A DNA stretch of 64,000 nt from the NCBI GenBank assembly GCA_963749495.1, contig CAVVMW010000023.1:704001-768000 (forward strand), in the 5' to 3' direction. Positions within the stretch are counted from its first letter, which is position 1, and every line of letters begins with the position of its first letter. A program made the translations under genes and the position numbers. Below, one piece after another: positions 45,586-55,895 of this stretch. This stretch comes from an uncultured bacterium. GTDB taxonomy: Bacteria > Verrucomicrobiota > Verrucomicrobiia > Limisphaerales > UBA8199. Under the pieces are notes generated by a model. That model was not told the origin of the DNA and ran no database searches. It saw only the letters and a program-made list of their open reading frames with translations.

Positions 45586-48167
45586 TTGCCCGCGGAGTGG
45601 GAAGGCTACAGAAGGAAAGTGAACGCCTCATCACGCAAGCCGCCCAGGAGCGGGGGTTACTACCGAGCCGTCAAGGCCGTGGATAAGCTCAAACCCGGCG
45701 ATCTGATCCTCGCGTGGACTGAGGAGACGGGTGAAATCAAAGCGATGCGAGGAGCGGCGCAATTCTACTACGAGGAGGGAGAATTTGCCGTCCACTTTGA
45801 ACCGGCTCCCGCCGGACGCGCGGAACGGCTGGCTGAGCTGGAGCAATTGCTGGCCCAGGCCGCGGCGGGAGAGGACATCAACAAAACGGCAGGCTTTCTG
45901 GTGGAACAAACCGAAGGCGACCCAGGGGGGCAAGCCCTAATCACGACTCGGAAACGCAACGAAATCGTTCAGGCCAAGCGAGCTGCGCTCCACGCCAAGC
46001 AGAGAGTCGAGGTGCTCAAAACGGAGCTGAAAGGCATTCTGGTCGAGCAGGAGAAGATTCTTGAGCTGGCCGCGGCGAAATGGGGAGACCAACTCGCCAG
46101 GCTCAACTACGCCATCGAAAGCATCAATCTTTACCTGGGCCGCGACGAACAGTTCACGTGCATCCAGGAGGGAGAACCGGCGCCAGCCGGAGAGCCCATC
46201 ACGATTCGCCAGACCGTCTTGTTCATGGACGAGGAATGCGCTTTGCAAGCCGAGGAGGGCGGCATCGACTTCAAAACCATAAGCGATTTCGACCAGTGGC
46301 TTTGTCAGCCAGCCCATTTGGGGCAGGTGCTGCCAGAAGCCAAGGGCATCGTTGCGATGCGGCTTCGCCGGGGGGAGAAGTTTTATGCTGACGCGACCTT
46401 CTGGGAGAGAATCATGTTCAACCAGGCCAACGGAGGCACGTACATCCTCGTCCGCAATGGCCAGAAACTTTGGCGCGTCTGGAACAACCTGGAGCTGCCA
46501 GGGCACCTTTACCCCACCAAAGCCGAATTCGAGTCGCTATTCTATGACAAATGGGGCCAGGAACCTCTCCAACCGGGCAGTCTGAAGTACCAAAAAGCCC
46601 TCAACGAGGCCCAGGGACTCCGCAAGCTCTACCTCCAGGCGGCACTGCTGCTCCAGGGGATCGTGGACCGCACCCGGGTCTTTCATCCATTGCCGGTCGA
46701 ACGCGTTAACCTGCTTGACCCGAACCCGCATCCGGCGGTCATTCGCCTCATCCGCGATGCGGAGAACCTGCTGGGAAGCGGACGGCCACCCTACGCCGAA
46801 TGGAGACGCGAACTCAACGACCGGCTTGAGGTTGGAAAACGCATCGTCTTCGGCGGAACCTCCTACATGCGCTACCAGCACGAGGACCAGAAGTACGGAT
46901 ACAGCCGCACCCACCCCAAATTCGTTGATTGGCCGAAGCGCGATGTCGTTTACACGCTGGCTGACGTTGCGTCTGGCGGGCACGACTTTCAATTTCAGTT
47001 CCAACGGGAGGGCACCGAGCGCCGCGCAACCTTCAACCTCTACAAGAGGGACGATTTCATTCTGAATTTCGACAACGCCACCGAGGAAGACATCGAGTTT
47101 TATCTGGGTGACCGGGCCAACCGCCACGATTACCTCTCCAGCTTCCCGCTGCTCCAAGCTACCCTCCGGCTCAAACGCGAGGAGAGAGAAAAAGAGAAGC
47201 CATTCGTGGATTTGCTGGTTCGGCACGCGGCAGACCAATGCGGAATGGACCAAGGGCAAGCCCGGCAGTGGCTGACCGCCATCATCCCCTGGTGGAAGCA
47301 AAGGAACAAATTCTCGCGGGGGCTCACCAGTGCGGAGAAGGCGGCATACCGGCAGATATTGAACGAGGTGCGGTTGCGGCTTGAGATTCGCGCCAACCCA
47401 GCGGACACACAAACCGCGACCCGAATTGCTGCCGCGCGCCCCGACTGGCTGGTTATCGCCAAGGACACTGGTTACGGCGTCACCTGCCTCCGGCGCGTGC
47501 CAGGAATTCTTGGCCTGGTGATTAGAGAAACCTGGAGCCCTGACGGTCAGGTCCTGAAGGCGACTGCAGATTGGTTCATGCCTGGTTCGGAAACCGGCCG
47601 CTGGGAGGTGCTGGCGGCTCGCCCGGAATGGGCGGCATGGCCCAGACATGGCCGACGGCGCGAATTTCTCTCCGAACTGGAATACCAACAGCTATTGGCC
47701 GAAATCCGAGAGATTATCGCGAAACAGGAGGAGGGCGAGTGGAGGACTTTTGTTGCCGTAACCGCGTCCCAACACGCCCTTCATGTGCATGGCGTCCGCG
47801 AACGCGATCGTTACTGGAACAGCCGGCGCGCAGCCGAATGGACCCTGAAACAAGCGAAATGGGAAAGAGTGAAAGGAGTGGCGAGACTTCAACCATGGGC
47901 GCACTGGGCCACGCTTTCGGCACAACTTTGCCTTGATCCCACCGACAAGAACCCAAATCAGCCTGCAGAGAACGGTGGCACACCGGAATATGAAAACTCG
48001 CGCCTGGGAAACCTGGCGCCAGACCTCCGCCGGCTGCCCTTCACGGTCCATGGCCACCGACTGCTCTGGTTCGATGAGGCGGCCCTTGCTGAGTCTCGCA
48101 AGATACTGCTTAAAGAGGCCACCAAACAGCGTCGGAAGAGTCGGCGTTGGGCTATAGTGCGCTTTTA
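45586..48167 (+). pseudogene. Large hypothetical protein, 5' part, interrupted by IS21
   Basis: The long ORF reads into the IS end after VRFY. Likely start is GTG 45619. It joins 51601-51913 in frame. Confidence 0.8.
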
Positions 48168-48296
48168 TGTCAGCGGCGGCGGGAACGCGGATGAAAAGCG
48201 CCGGTTCCAAAATCTGAGCGGGCGGAGGGTCGAAAAGCAAACAACCGGCAGCTTCTGCTGCCGGTTTTGCGACGGAACTGATAGTGGAGAACCGGA

Positions 48297-49037
48297 TCAC
48301 GTTTGGATTTGGTCTTTCATGCGAAAGCTGGTGCCTTCGACGACGACCGTCTCGGCGTGATGGAGGAGCCGATCCAGGACGGCGGAGGCCAGCGTGGCGT
48401 CATTGTTGAAGATGCTGGCCCACTGTTTGAAGGGTTTGTTGGTAGTCACCACGATGGAACCGCGCTCGTAGCGCTGGCTGATAACCTGGAAGAGCAGGTC
48501 GGCGCCATGCTGGTCGATGGGCAGGTAGCCGATCTCATCCAAGATCAACAGCCGGGGACGGAGGTATTTGCGGAGTTCACTTTTGAGGCGGCTGCTTTTC
48601 TGGGCGGCGCTGAGTTGGTTGATGACATTGATGGCGTTGGCAAAGAGAACCGAGTGGCCCTCCAGACAGGCCGCGTAGCCGAGGGCGGTGGCCAAGTGGG
48701 TCTTGCCCAAGCCAACGTTGCCCAGGAAGATGGCGTTGGCGTTCTGTTCCAGGAACTGCAGGCGAAAGAGGTTCTGCACCTGGAGCCGATTGATTTTCTT
48801 AAGCCAATCCCACTGGAACTGTTCGAGGGTCTTGATGACCGGAAAGCGCGCGGCCTTCACGTGCAGGGCCACGGCGCGCTCCCGGCGCTGCTGGTATTGG
48901 CCGTCGATGAGCCGGGCCAGGTATTCGGCGTGAGTCCAGGGCTGCCGGGCAGCCTGCTGGGCCAGGTCGTCGTATTGCGCCTTCAGGAAAGGCAGTTTGA
49001 GGTAGTCGAGTTGCTGAGCCAGGAGGGAGGGGTTCAT
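48297..49037 (-). CDS. istB: IS21 helper ATPase IstB
   Basis: GNVGLGKTHLA, LLILDEIGY and AVLDRLLHH motifs. Confidence 0.95.
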   Translation of the reverse strand: MNPSLLAQQLDYLKLPFLKAQYDDLAQQAARQPWTHAEYLARLIDGQYQQRRERAVALHVKAARFPVIKTLEQFQWDWLKKINRLQVQNLFRLQFLEQNANAIFLGNVGLGKTHLATALGYAACLEGHSVLFANAINVINQLSAAQKSSRLKSELRKYLRPRLLILDEIGYLPIDQHGADLLFQVISQRYERGSIVVTTNKPFKQWASIFNNDATLASAVLDRLLHHAETVVVEGTSFRMKDQIQT

Positions 49038-50512
49038 GGTTGGGGAGAGGGCGGGTTGGGGTCATAGGGACTCAAGTCGGCCGGGGGCAGGTCCAGTTCC
49101 AAGAGGTCCTGCCGGCGGGTCAGGTGCAAGGGCGAGGGCGCCACGGCGTGGCGCTCGCGTTGTTCCAACAGGTTGGCGATGTATTCGCAGCCGTACGCAT
49201 CGAAGGTCAGGGCGTCCTGGAGGGCGCGGGCCACTTTATCGGGGCCGTAGAGTTGGCTCAACGCGACGATCTTTTGGATGTGATGGGGAGCGTTGAAGCG
49301 TTTTTCCCGGAGTTTACGGCCGTAGAGTTCGGCCTGCGGTCCCAGGCTCAGGAACGCTTGCAGGCAGGTTTGGTCGCGGGCGCGGTGACGCTGCGTCAGG
49401 AGTTCCTGGATATGGTCGGGGTTGCGGATGTCCTGGCGGCGGTCGTAGCCGCGCAGGTGGGTAGCGATCAGCTTTTCGTGGTGATAGCAGAGCACTTGGT
49501 CAGGATAGATTTTGAGGCTCAGTTGCTGGGAGGCATAGAGGTGAGGCACGGTGTAGCGATTGGTCTCAAAAACGACGCGGCAACAACTGTTGGCGCTGGT
49601 GGGCCGGACGACTCCGCAGTCATAAGGACGGAGCGGCAGGGCTTTGAGCAGGGGCTTTTCCTGAGCAAACCGTTCCAGGGGTTTGACGTGGGTCTCGCCG
49701 TGGATACGCACGTTGGCCACGGTATCCTGCCACTGCCGGGCGGCGGGATTGACGGCCTCGAAGGAGGGGATCTGCAAACCGCTCAGGAAGTTCTTTTTGA
49801 CGTAGCCCACGCCATTTTCCACGCGCCCTTTTTCGTTCGCCTTTTTGACCTGGCAGGCGACGGGGACGAAGCCATGGTGGGCGGCGAAGTCCAGGTAGCG
49901 CGGGTTGAAACGGGCCGCAGCGCCCAGCGGATGTTCGAGCACCCCGACCTTGAGATTATCGATCATGACTTTAGCGGGGATGCCCCCGAAGAACTCGAAG
50001 GCATGGCGGTGGCAGGAGAGGAACTGTTCCATGCCTTCGGAGAGGGTAAACTCCACATAGATGAGGCGGCTGAAGCACAGGACCATCACGAAGAAGCTCA
50101 AGCGCCGTCTGGTAGAGCCGACGGTGACGGAGCCGAAGCTGCCCCAATCAACCTGCGCGCATTCCCCCGGGGCAAACTCCAGCGTCAGGAAGGCGGGTTT
50201 GCGCATCGGGCGCACCAGGCGGACAAACTCCTTGAGGATGCTGTAACCGCCAGCGTAGCCCTGGGGTTTGAGTTCCTGGAGGATTTGCTGAGCGCTGTAA
50301 GGATGACGTTCCAGCAGGCCAACAATCCGGCCCTTGAACGCGTCGAGCTTACTGGGGCGTTTGCCGCCTCGGCGTTGGTGATAGCTGGTCTGCTCCGCCC
50401 ACTTGGCGACGGTTTTGGGGTCCAGTTGAAGTTCCACCGCAACCTGGGCGGCAGTGAGATGCTTTTCATCCAAGAGCACTCGAAGCTGGCAGAAGGTGGG
50501 GTAATCGATCAT
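49034..50512 (-). CDS. istA: IS21 transposase IstA
   Basis: PGECAQVDWG, IDNLK and KGRVENGVGYVK motifs. ATG 50512 overlaps the upstream stop. Confidence 0.95.
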   Translation of the reverse strand: MIDYPTFCQLRVLLDEKHLTAAQVAVELQLDPKTVAKWAEQTSYHQRRGGKRPSKLDAFKGRIVGLLERHPYSAQQILQELKPQGYAGGYSILKEFVRLVRPMRKPAFLTLEFAPGECAQVDWGSFGSVTVGSTRRRLSFFVMVLCFSRLIYVEFTLSEGMEQFLSCHRHAFEFFGGIPAKVMIDNLKVGVLEHPLGAAARFNPRYLDFAAHHGFVPVACQVKKANEKGRVENGVGYVKKNFLSGLQIPSFEAVNPAARQWQDTVANVRIHGETHVKPLERFAQEKPLLKALPLRPYDCGVVRPTSANSCCRVVFETNRYTVPHLYASQQLSLKIYPDQVLCYHHEKLIATHLRGYDRRQDIRNPDHIQELLTQRHRARDQTCLQAFLSLGPQAELYGRKLREKRFNAPHHIQKIVALSQLYGPDKVARALQDALTFDAYGCEYIANLLEQRERHAVAPSPLHLTRRQDLLELDLPPADLSPYDPNPPSPQP

Positions 50513-50910
50513 GGCCGACCTCCCGCCAAGGCCCGGCGCAGGATGTCGCCCACGCACTGAGCTTGCTCGCTGCGAGGTGCGTCCGGGGCCACCGGCTCGG
50601 AGGAGACCTCCGGCAGGGCCAGCACCTGGTAGAGAGGTTTTTGATAGGCGATGAGCCCGGCCCGCTCCAATTGCTGACGCGCTGAGGCCAGTTCCAACGG
50701 ATCCAGCTTGAGCTGCCGCCCCAGGGCCGCCTCGGAGTAGTAACTCAGGCCTTGGGCGTCGCCGACAGTGACCAGGAACAGGTAGAGAGCCCAGGCCCGG
50801 TGGTCGCAGGTTTTCAGATGGTGGTGACGAATCAACCGGTGGTCCACCCAGCTAAAACTGCTGGGGACCTCACGGAGCCGATTGGGTCGGAGGAGACGTT
50901 TGATGATCAT
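50509..50910 (-). CDS. IS21-associated hypothetical protein, winged-helix-like
   Basis: FSWVDHRL...LYLFLVTVGDAQGLSYYS...ARQQLERAGLIAY. Coupled to istA. Confidence 0.75.
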   Translation of the reverse strand: MIIKRLLRPNRLREVPSSFSWVDHRLIRHHHLKTCDHRAWALYLFLVTVGDAQGLSYYSEAALGRQLKLDPLELASARQQLERAGLIAYQKPLYQVLALPEVSSEPVAPDAPRSEQAQCVGDILRRALAGGRP

Positions 50911-51418
50911 AATCAGAACATGGTTTTTCGTTGCGTTGCTCTGGAAGCACCCGCCCCAGAATGATGCAACCCTGTTCTATCAGGCGGCGGATCAAAGGCT
51001 GGATGTCATCTTGTAACGTACTGCCCGCAAACATCGAGAGCAGTCCGATAAACGCGGGCTCCTGTGCCAGGCAGAAATCTTGTAACGTACGGGGCAGAGG
51101 TCTCGGTACGTTACGAGATGTCTGCTCGGGGTTAACCGCTTCTGCCTCAATTGGTTGAGTGCCTTCAGACGCAGGGGTTTTCCGCTTCCAATACCCTGGA
51201 TGAGCCTTGCGCCAAGCCCGCACCCGGTCGGTGCCTTCGCCCTGCCGAAAGTGCGAAAGATTTTTGGGTTGGCGATACCAGCGCCGCTGGCTGGCGAGCT
51301 TGCTGGCCCGGCGGCAATCCGGTTTTTCGCAGTAGCGTTGATGCTTCCGGTTCCGGTAATCCGGGAAGAAAAACGCGTTGCAACACTGGCACTTACGTCG
51401 CTTGGACTTTGGGCTCAT
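50870..51418 (-). CDS. IS21-associated hypothetical protein with a Cys cluster
   Basis: RKCQCC...QRYCEKPDCRRASK...RVRAWRKAHPGYW. First ORF inside the element. Confidence 0.75.
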   Translation of the reverse strand: MSPKSKRRKCQCCNAFFFPDYRNRKHQRYCEKPDCRRASKLASQRRWYRQPKNLSHFRQGEGTDRVRAWRKAHPGYWKRKTPASEGTQPIEAEAVNPEQTSRNVPRPLPRTLQDFCLAQEPAFIGLLSMFAGSTLQDDIQPLIRRLIEQGCIILGRVLPEQRNEKPCSDYDHQTSPPTQSAP

Positions 51419-51600
51419 CGCGCCCCAACAGCAACACAGCCGCCGAGCGGATCAAAACAAAACAATCGGCCCGAAGAAGAACCAAGGCGAAGAAGCAAGA
51501 AGAGCTCTCAGGAGAATAGCCGGAAGAAAAGACCAGGGAAGAAGAAGGGAATTTCAAACCAGCGGTTTTCCGGGAATATCACTCCGCCGCTGGCATTTTA

Positions 51601-51913
51601 TGAGGATCACATCGAAAGAGTGTTGAAGGAACGGCTCTGGGAACATGAAAAACAGAAATACCTCGCCGACGGCGGCCTGGCCGAACTCTGGGAGGACCAT
51701 CGCAAGACAGTGAAGTTACATCCACTGGAACTCGACAGGACCGATCTGGAGAGCTGTTTGAGGTTTCTGGTCAATGCAGGAATTAAGCTGGCCGGCCGGC
51801 AGAGTGGCGAAATATGGGCGCTGGCCGTTGAGAAGGGCTGGACGCCCGGCAACCCGGAAGCGAACCGCAGCATACCGGCCAATATCCCCTTACCCGAACC
51901 AGAGGAAGAGTGA
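51601..51913 (+). pseudogene. 3' part of the IS21-interrupted hypothetical gene
   Basis: Removing the IS and one TTTTA gives VRFYEDHIERVLKERLW... up to the stop at 51913. Confidence 0.8.
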
Positions 51914-52895
51914 AAAGCCGTACCCAAAGCCGCTCCTGGTTCTTGTTCACCCGGGCAGTTTGTGCGGCAGCTATCAGACCGCGCATGATTGGCACAAGGA
52001 CTGGAGGCGTTACGCGAAAACGCGGCGCGAACAGCTCTGCGCGGAGTTCACGTTCCTGGATGCATACAAAGCGGTCGTGTCAGGGACCGAGTTGGACGAC
52101 GAAATCCAGCGGTACCCGAATGTGCAAGCGGCTGTCTCGTCGGCCAACCGAAGGTATCAGGCTCACGGCACCGAAACAGGCCTTGTCCAAGCAGCCCGGA
52201 GAATCTTCAGGGACTTTTCGGAAAGGGCCAATGCGATGATCGTCACCGGGGCTTGGGCCGACCGCGAAGGCCGCTGTGCGTGGACAGTCTATCGAGAACT
52301 GCGGCGTCTGAGCAGGAATCGGCTGAAGGTGACGGTCTCCAGATTGGCCGCGCGTCACGACATCGCGCAGGCCGAAATTGAGGCCGGCGCAACCCACCCT
52401 CTCGGAAACTCGCCTTCGCGAGTGCGCTGGCATGTCGCTCATGACCGTGAGGCCTACAGCCTGAACGAAGGCCACTTGCGCTACCACAGCGAGAGAACGC
52501 CGGAATGGGAGCTCCTTGGTCGGCGGTTAAAGGCCATCGGCGGTTCTGTCGTTTGCGCCGCTTTTGAAGAGGACATCCAACTGATTCTACGCCACGGCAA
52601 GACATGGGTGCCCCTTCAGAAGGACATTGTCATGCGGCGCGGAGAGGCTATCCGCTGTCACGATAATTCCATTCTGCTGCAGGAAGCCTACCCCCATCTG
52701 CACGTCTGCACGGGATACGCGCTGTCAAACGATGGAATCTGGCGAAGCCATTCGTGGTGCTTCGAGCAACATACCTACCGGATCATTGAGACCACCGTGA
52801 AGCGGGTGGCTTACCACGGAGCTGTACTGGTAAGGGGAACCGGGAAGAGATCCCAACTCACCAATCCCGATACTCGCAACGCACGGCGGCTCTAG
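51774..52895 (+). CDS. Hypothetical two-domain protein (true start probably near 51910)
   Basis: N-terminal LLVLVHPGSLCGS and C-terminal CHDNS...GYALSNDGIWRSHSWC. Confidence 0.6.
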   Translation: MQELSWPAGRVAKYGRWPLRRAGRPATRKRTAAYRPISPYPNQRKSEKPYPKPLLVLVHPGSLCGSYQTAHDWHKDWRRYAKTRREQLCAEFTFLDAYKAVVSGTELDDEIQRYPNVQAAVSSANRRYQAHGTETGLVQAARRIFRDFSERANAMIVTGAWADREGRCAWTVYRELRRLSRNRLKVTVSRLAARHDIAQAEIEAGATHPLGNSPSRVRWHVAHDREAYSLNEGHLRYHSERTPEWELLGRRLKAIGGSVVCAAFEEDIQLILRHGKTWVPLQKDIVMRRGEAIRCHDNSILLQEAYPHLHVCTGYALSNDGIWRSHSWCFEQHTYRIIETTVKRVAYHGAVLVRGTGKRSQLTNPDTRNARRL

Positions 52896-53485
52896 CGCCG
52901 AGGCAAGCCGGGTTCAGGCGCAAGCTCCGCTCCTCAGGCAACAACCGGCCCAACACCAAAATGAAGAACCGATACAAGAGGTCCATCGCCGGCCGGGTCA
53001 GCCCGGATACCGGAAGGCCATTGAAGCGAATCCCAAGGCTGGATGCATAAAACAGCTTGAGAAGCTGACCGGTGGACCGGTCGTGTTGCCTGAAAAACCA
53101 AGACCCAGACCGATCAGGGAACGCATTCACTGTAAGCGGCTGACGATGTTCCACCTCGGGTGCCTCGGGCGCGGCAGCACTCCCAACGAGGTGCGCGTAT
53201 TGGGATACCTGGCGGGATAGAAAGACTCAGACCCCAGCCGACTTGAAAGCGTGTTCGCGCACCTGCTTGCCGGTACGCAGTAGATGCGAAATAGCCGGTT
53301 GTATTCGCAAAAGTCCTTGCAGGCGTCTGCGGACGAGCTGGTTGCAAGCGCCTTCAAGCTGTTTGCCTGATTACAGCGCCTTTCCCACACCTTTCCTGAA
53401 GGCACGAGATACAAGGCATCTCGTCATGGAGACGCATTGTCCTGTCTGACTGATGCCGGCGGGAGCTCGAAAGAAAGGTAACTAC

Positions 53486-54923
53486 TCAGGGCGTTTTGGA
53501 TCCCACCGGCAGAAAGGGATGACCGTCGAGGGTGTTGCGGAGGTGTTCGAGCACCGGCAGGCCGTGCTTGCGCAGGGTCGCGATGTAACTACGGATGCGT
53601 GCGTGACAACGGGCGCCTTCCAGAGTGCGAAAGCAGCCAGATATCTCCACCCGGACCTTGATCATGCGGAAGTCGCGTTCGGCTTCGTTGTTGGTAAAGG
53701 GCAATGTGAAGTTCGACAGGAATGCCAGAATGCATTCATCGCAGCCCTGGAGCCGATCCAATAAGTTCTGTTCTTTGGATTGCTTGGGGCGCTTTTTCTT
53801 CATTTGCTCCGGGGTGAGCGGATTGGCTTGGCGGCCAGCGCGTATTACCTTCCTGTATTGCTGATACCACCGGTCCACCTCGGCTGGCGTCAAGGGTGCA
53901 TCCCGAGCCTTTCGATCCTTGACGCACTTCAACATCTCCAGGAAGAGGTCGTAAAGGTCTTTGGCCCATTGTTGGTGGTGTTGCTCAAAGAGGAACACCA
54001 ATTCGCGCATCAGGTGGCTTTTGCAGAAGGTGTGAAGGCAGTTCTCAAAGGTTAAGTAGCTGGCGTGGAAGTCATGCATCAACCAACCCTTGAATCGGGG
54101 GATGACGCCCATGGCTTGCATCGCCTCTTTGCCTCGGGTGAGTTGGACGCTCAAAAACGTCAGCAGGGGCGTGCAAATGACGTGCAGCCAATGGGTGACC
54201 TTGTTGATGGGCACGCTGGTTTCGTCGCCGTGGAGAATGGGTTCTTGGGGCAGGATTTCCACCAGGCGCTCTTCAAAAGGTTGCAGCCCCTGGTATTGTT
54301 CTTGGCGAGCGCTTTGCAGGGTGCCTTCACTGACGGCAAAGCCGAACATCTCCTGGCCCATTTCGCGGATGCGGCGGCTGGCCCCCTCTTGGGCGTCGTA
54401 GAGGTAGGTCAGCAAGGCGCGAAAGTTCTTCCCGTATTGGACCGGGGCTTTAATGTCGAGCGGAAAATCAGCCCGGCAGGTTCGCCCGCAGATGGGGCAC
54501 TCTTTGATTTCAGACTCGATGCTCGGTGCATTCCAAGGTCAGCGTGGGCAAGTCGAAGACTTGGCGAGGCTCAAAATCCACCGCCGGTTCCTGGGAAAGA
54601 TCCTCGCCGCACCCACACTCCAGCAGCGGATGAATCTGGATGTGCTTGGGCTTTTGGCTGGGTTGGAGGGTGCGACCGGGATGGCCGGGTTGACCGCCGG
54701 AGGGGCGCCCGGACTTTTTTCGCAGGCTCTTGGGTTTGGGCTTTTCGGGGCCGTCCGTGGAAGGAGGGCGCGAACTGTTACCGCTATTCTGGGAGGCCGC
54801 GTCCCGCAGGCGGGCATTCTCGGCTTGTAACTCCAAAGTGTAGTCAACCAATCCAGCCAAGTCGGCCCGGCCCAACGCCATGAGCCCGTTGCGGTCTTTA
54901 ATCACAGAGTTGGCCAGGCACAT
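53486..54923 (-). CDS. IS66-family transposase (frameshift near 54513)
   Basis: NSGNSSRPPSTD, a CPICG zinc finger, LHGDET, CKSHLMREL and FTNNEAERDFRMIK. ORFs 54510-54923 and 53486-54415 join. Confidence 0.9.
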
Positions 54924-55785
54924 CTGCAGTTAAAGGATAAAGGTAAATGTCCTTGCAAGGCGCATGGACCTGATTGTCCCGGTGCCGCTCATTCTGGCGG
55001 GTTCGTCCGCGGGTTTGGCCCACCCGAATCCAGTTGGCCGCCTGGTAAGCGGTGCCCCGGAAGCGGTCCGGTTGCACAAAGGTCTCCAGCAGGTAAAGAC
55101 GATGATGGTAGCGCGCTTGCCAGTCGGCATCGATCCGCTGGGCGATTCGACCAAGAATGTGGCTGGCCAGACGCTGGACTCCAACCCAAGGCAAAATCAG
55201 GAACCGGCTATTGTTGGCGATCAACGGCAAGCCGGCAGCCCGTTGCTGGGCCGACCAACCGATCCACCGATCGCGAGGCGCGCACTGCCAGGCCGCCGCT
55301 CCAAAGAGCAGGCACGCCAGATCCGCTCCCGCGCAACTCCTAATCAAATAGCCCAGGTTCTCCCCAACTGGGCCGCCATAGCTCAGGTAATGGTGCCGGG
55401 CCAAATACCGCTGAAACCGAGGATAGTCCGGATGCCTGGGGCGGACCACTTGCACCTCCAGGGGCAGCAGCGAAGACAAGTCCGCCCGGATCGGCTCAGG
55501 AACCACTGAGTCAAAAAGCTCGAAACTCAGCAGCGGACCTCGTCCAACCGGCATTCGCCGGCGTTCCGGCAGTGCAATGAGTTGGCGCCGCTGCAGCTTG
55601 AGTAACAGCGTCCGAGCCGCCATGTCTTTGAGCTGGCCGGAGGCCGAATACCATTGCCATCGCTGAGCCAACACCTGCGACAAGCGCCAGCGGCTCCAAA
55701 GCGGATGGGCCTCAATCAAGGCCCTAATCTCTCCGATCTGGACGTTACTGATTTTGCGGCCTTGAATGATTTCGGCTTCGAGCAC
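54898..55785 (-). CDS. DUF4338 (DruA-like) domain protein
   Basis: HHYLSY...GENLGYL...RDRWIGWS...NNSRFLILPW...LETFV...GTAYQAANW...TRGR. Confidence 0.85.
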   Translation of the reverse strand: MLEAEIIQGRKISNVQIGEIRALIEAHPLWSRWRLSQVLAQRWQWYSASGQLKDMAARTLLLKLQRRQLIALPERRRMPVGRGPLLSFELFDSVVPEPIRADLSSLLPLEVQVVRPRHPDYPRFQRYLARHHYLSYGGPVGENLGYLIRSCAGADLACLLFGAAAWQCAPRDRWIGWSAQQRAAGLPLIANNSRFLILPWVGVQRLASHILGRIAQRIDADWQARYHHRLYLLETFVQPDRFRGTAYQAANWIRVGQTRGRTRQNERHRDNQVHAPCKDIYLYPLTADVPGQLCD

Positions 55786-55895
55786 GCGCCCAGATTACCA
55801 GGTGGATTTGGGGGAGTCCCGTACAAAATCAAAGTATTTTGCGGCCTCTCTCTCTCTCCGCCGCTGTTCACCCGGCCCCGCTCGGACCTGAGTAG

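Larger units (their letters stand above)
48168..51595 (-). mobile_element. IS21-family element with two accessory ORFs (3,428 bp)
   Basis: Ends TGTCAGCGGCGG... and ...CCGCCGCTGGCA form an imperfect ~47-bp inverted repeat with TG/CA termini. 5-bp target duplication TTTTA at 48163-48167 and 51596-51600. Confidence 0.95.

Noticed and set aside
52858..53449. Small ORFs between the hypothetical gene and IS66
   Set aside because: They overlap, are short and show no recognisable motifs, so no real frame can be chosen.
54898..55785. Druantia defence system
   Set aside because: Only the DUF4338 gene is present, inside IS ends, with no DruE helicase or other dru genes.
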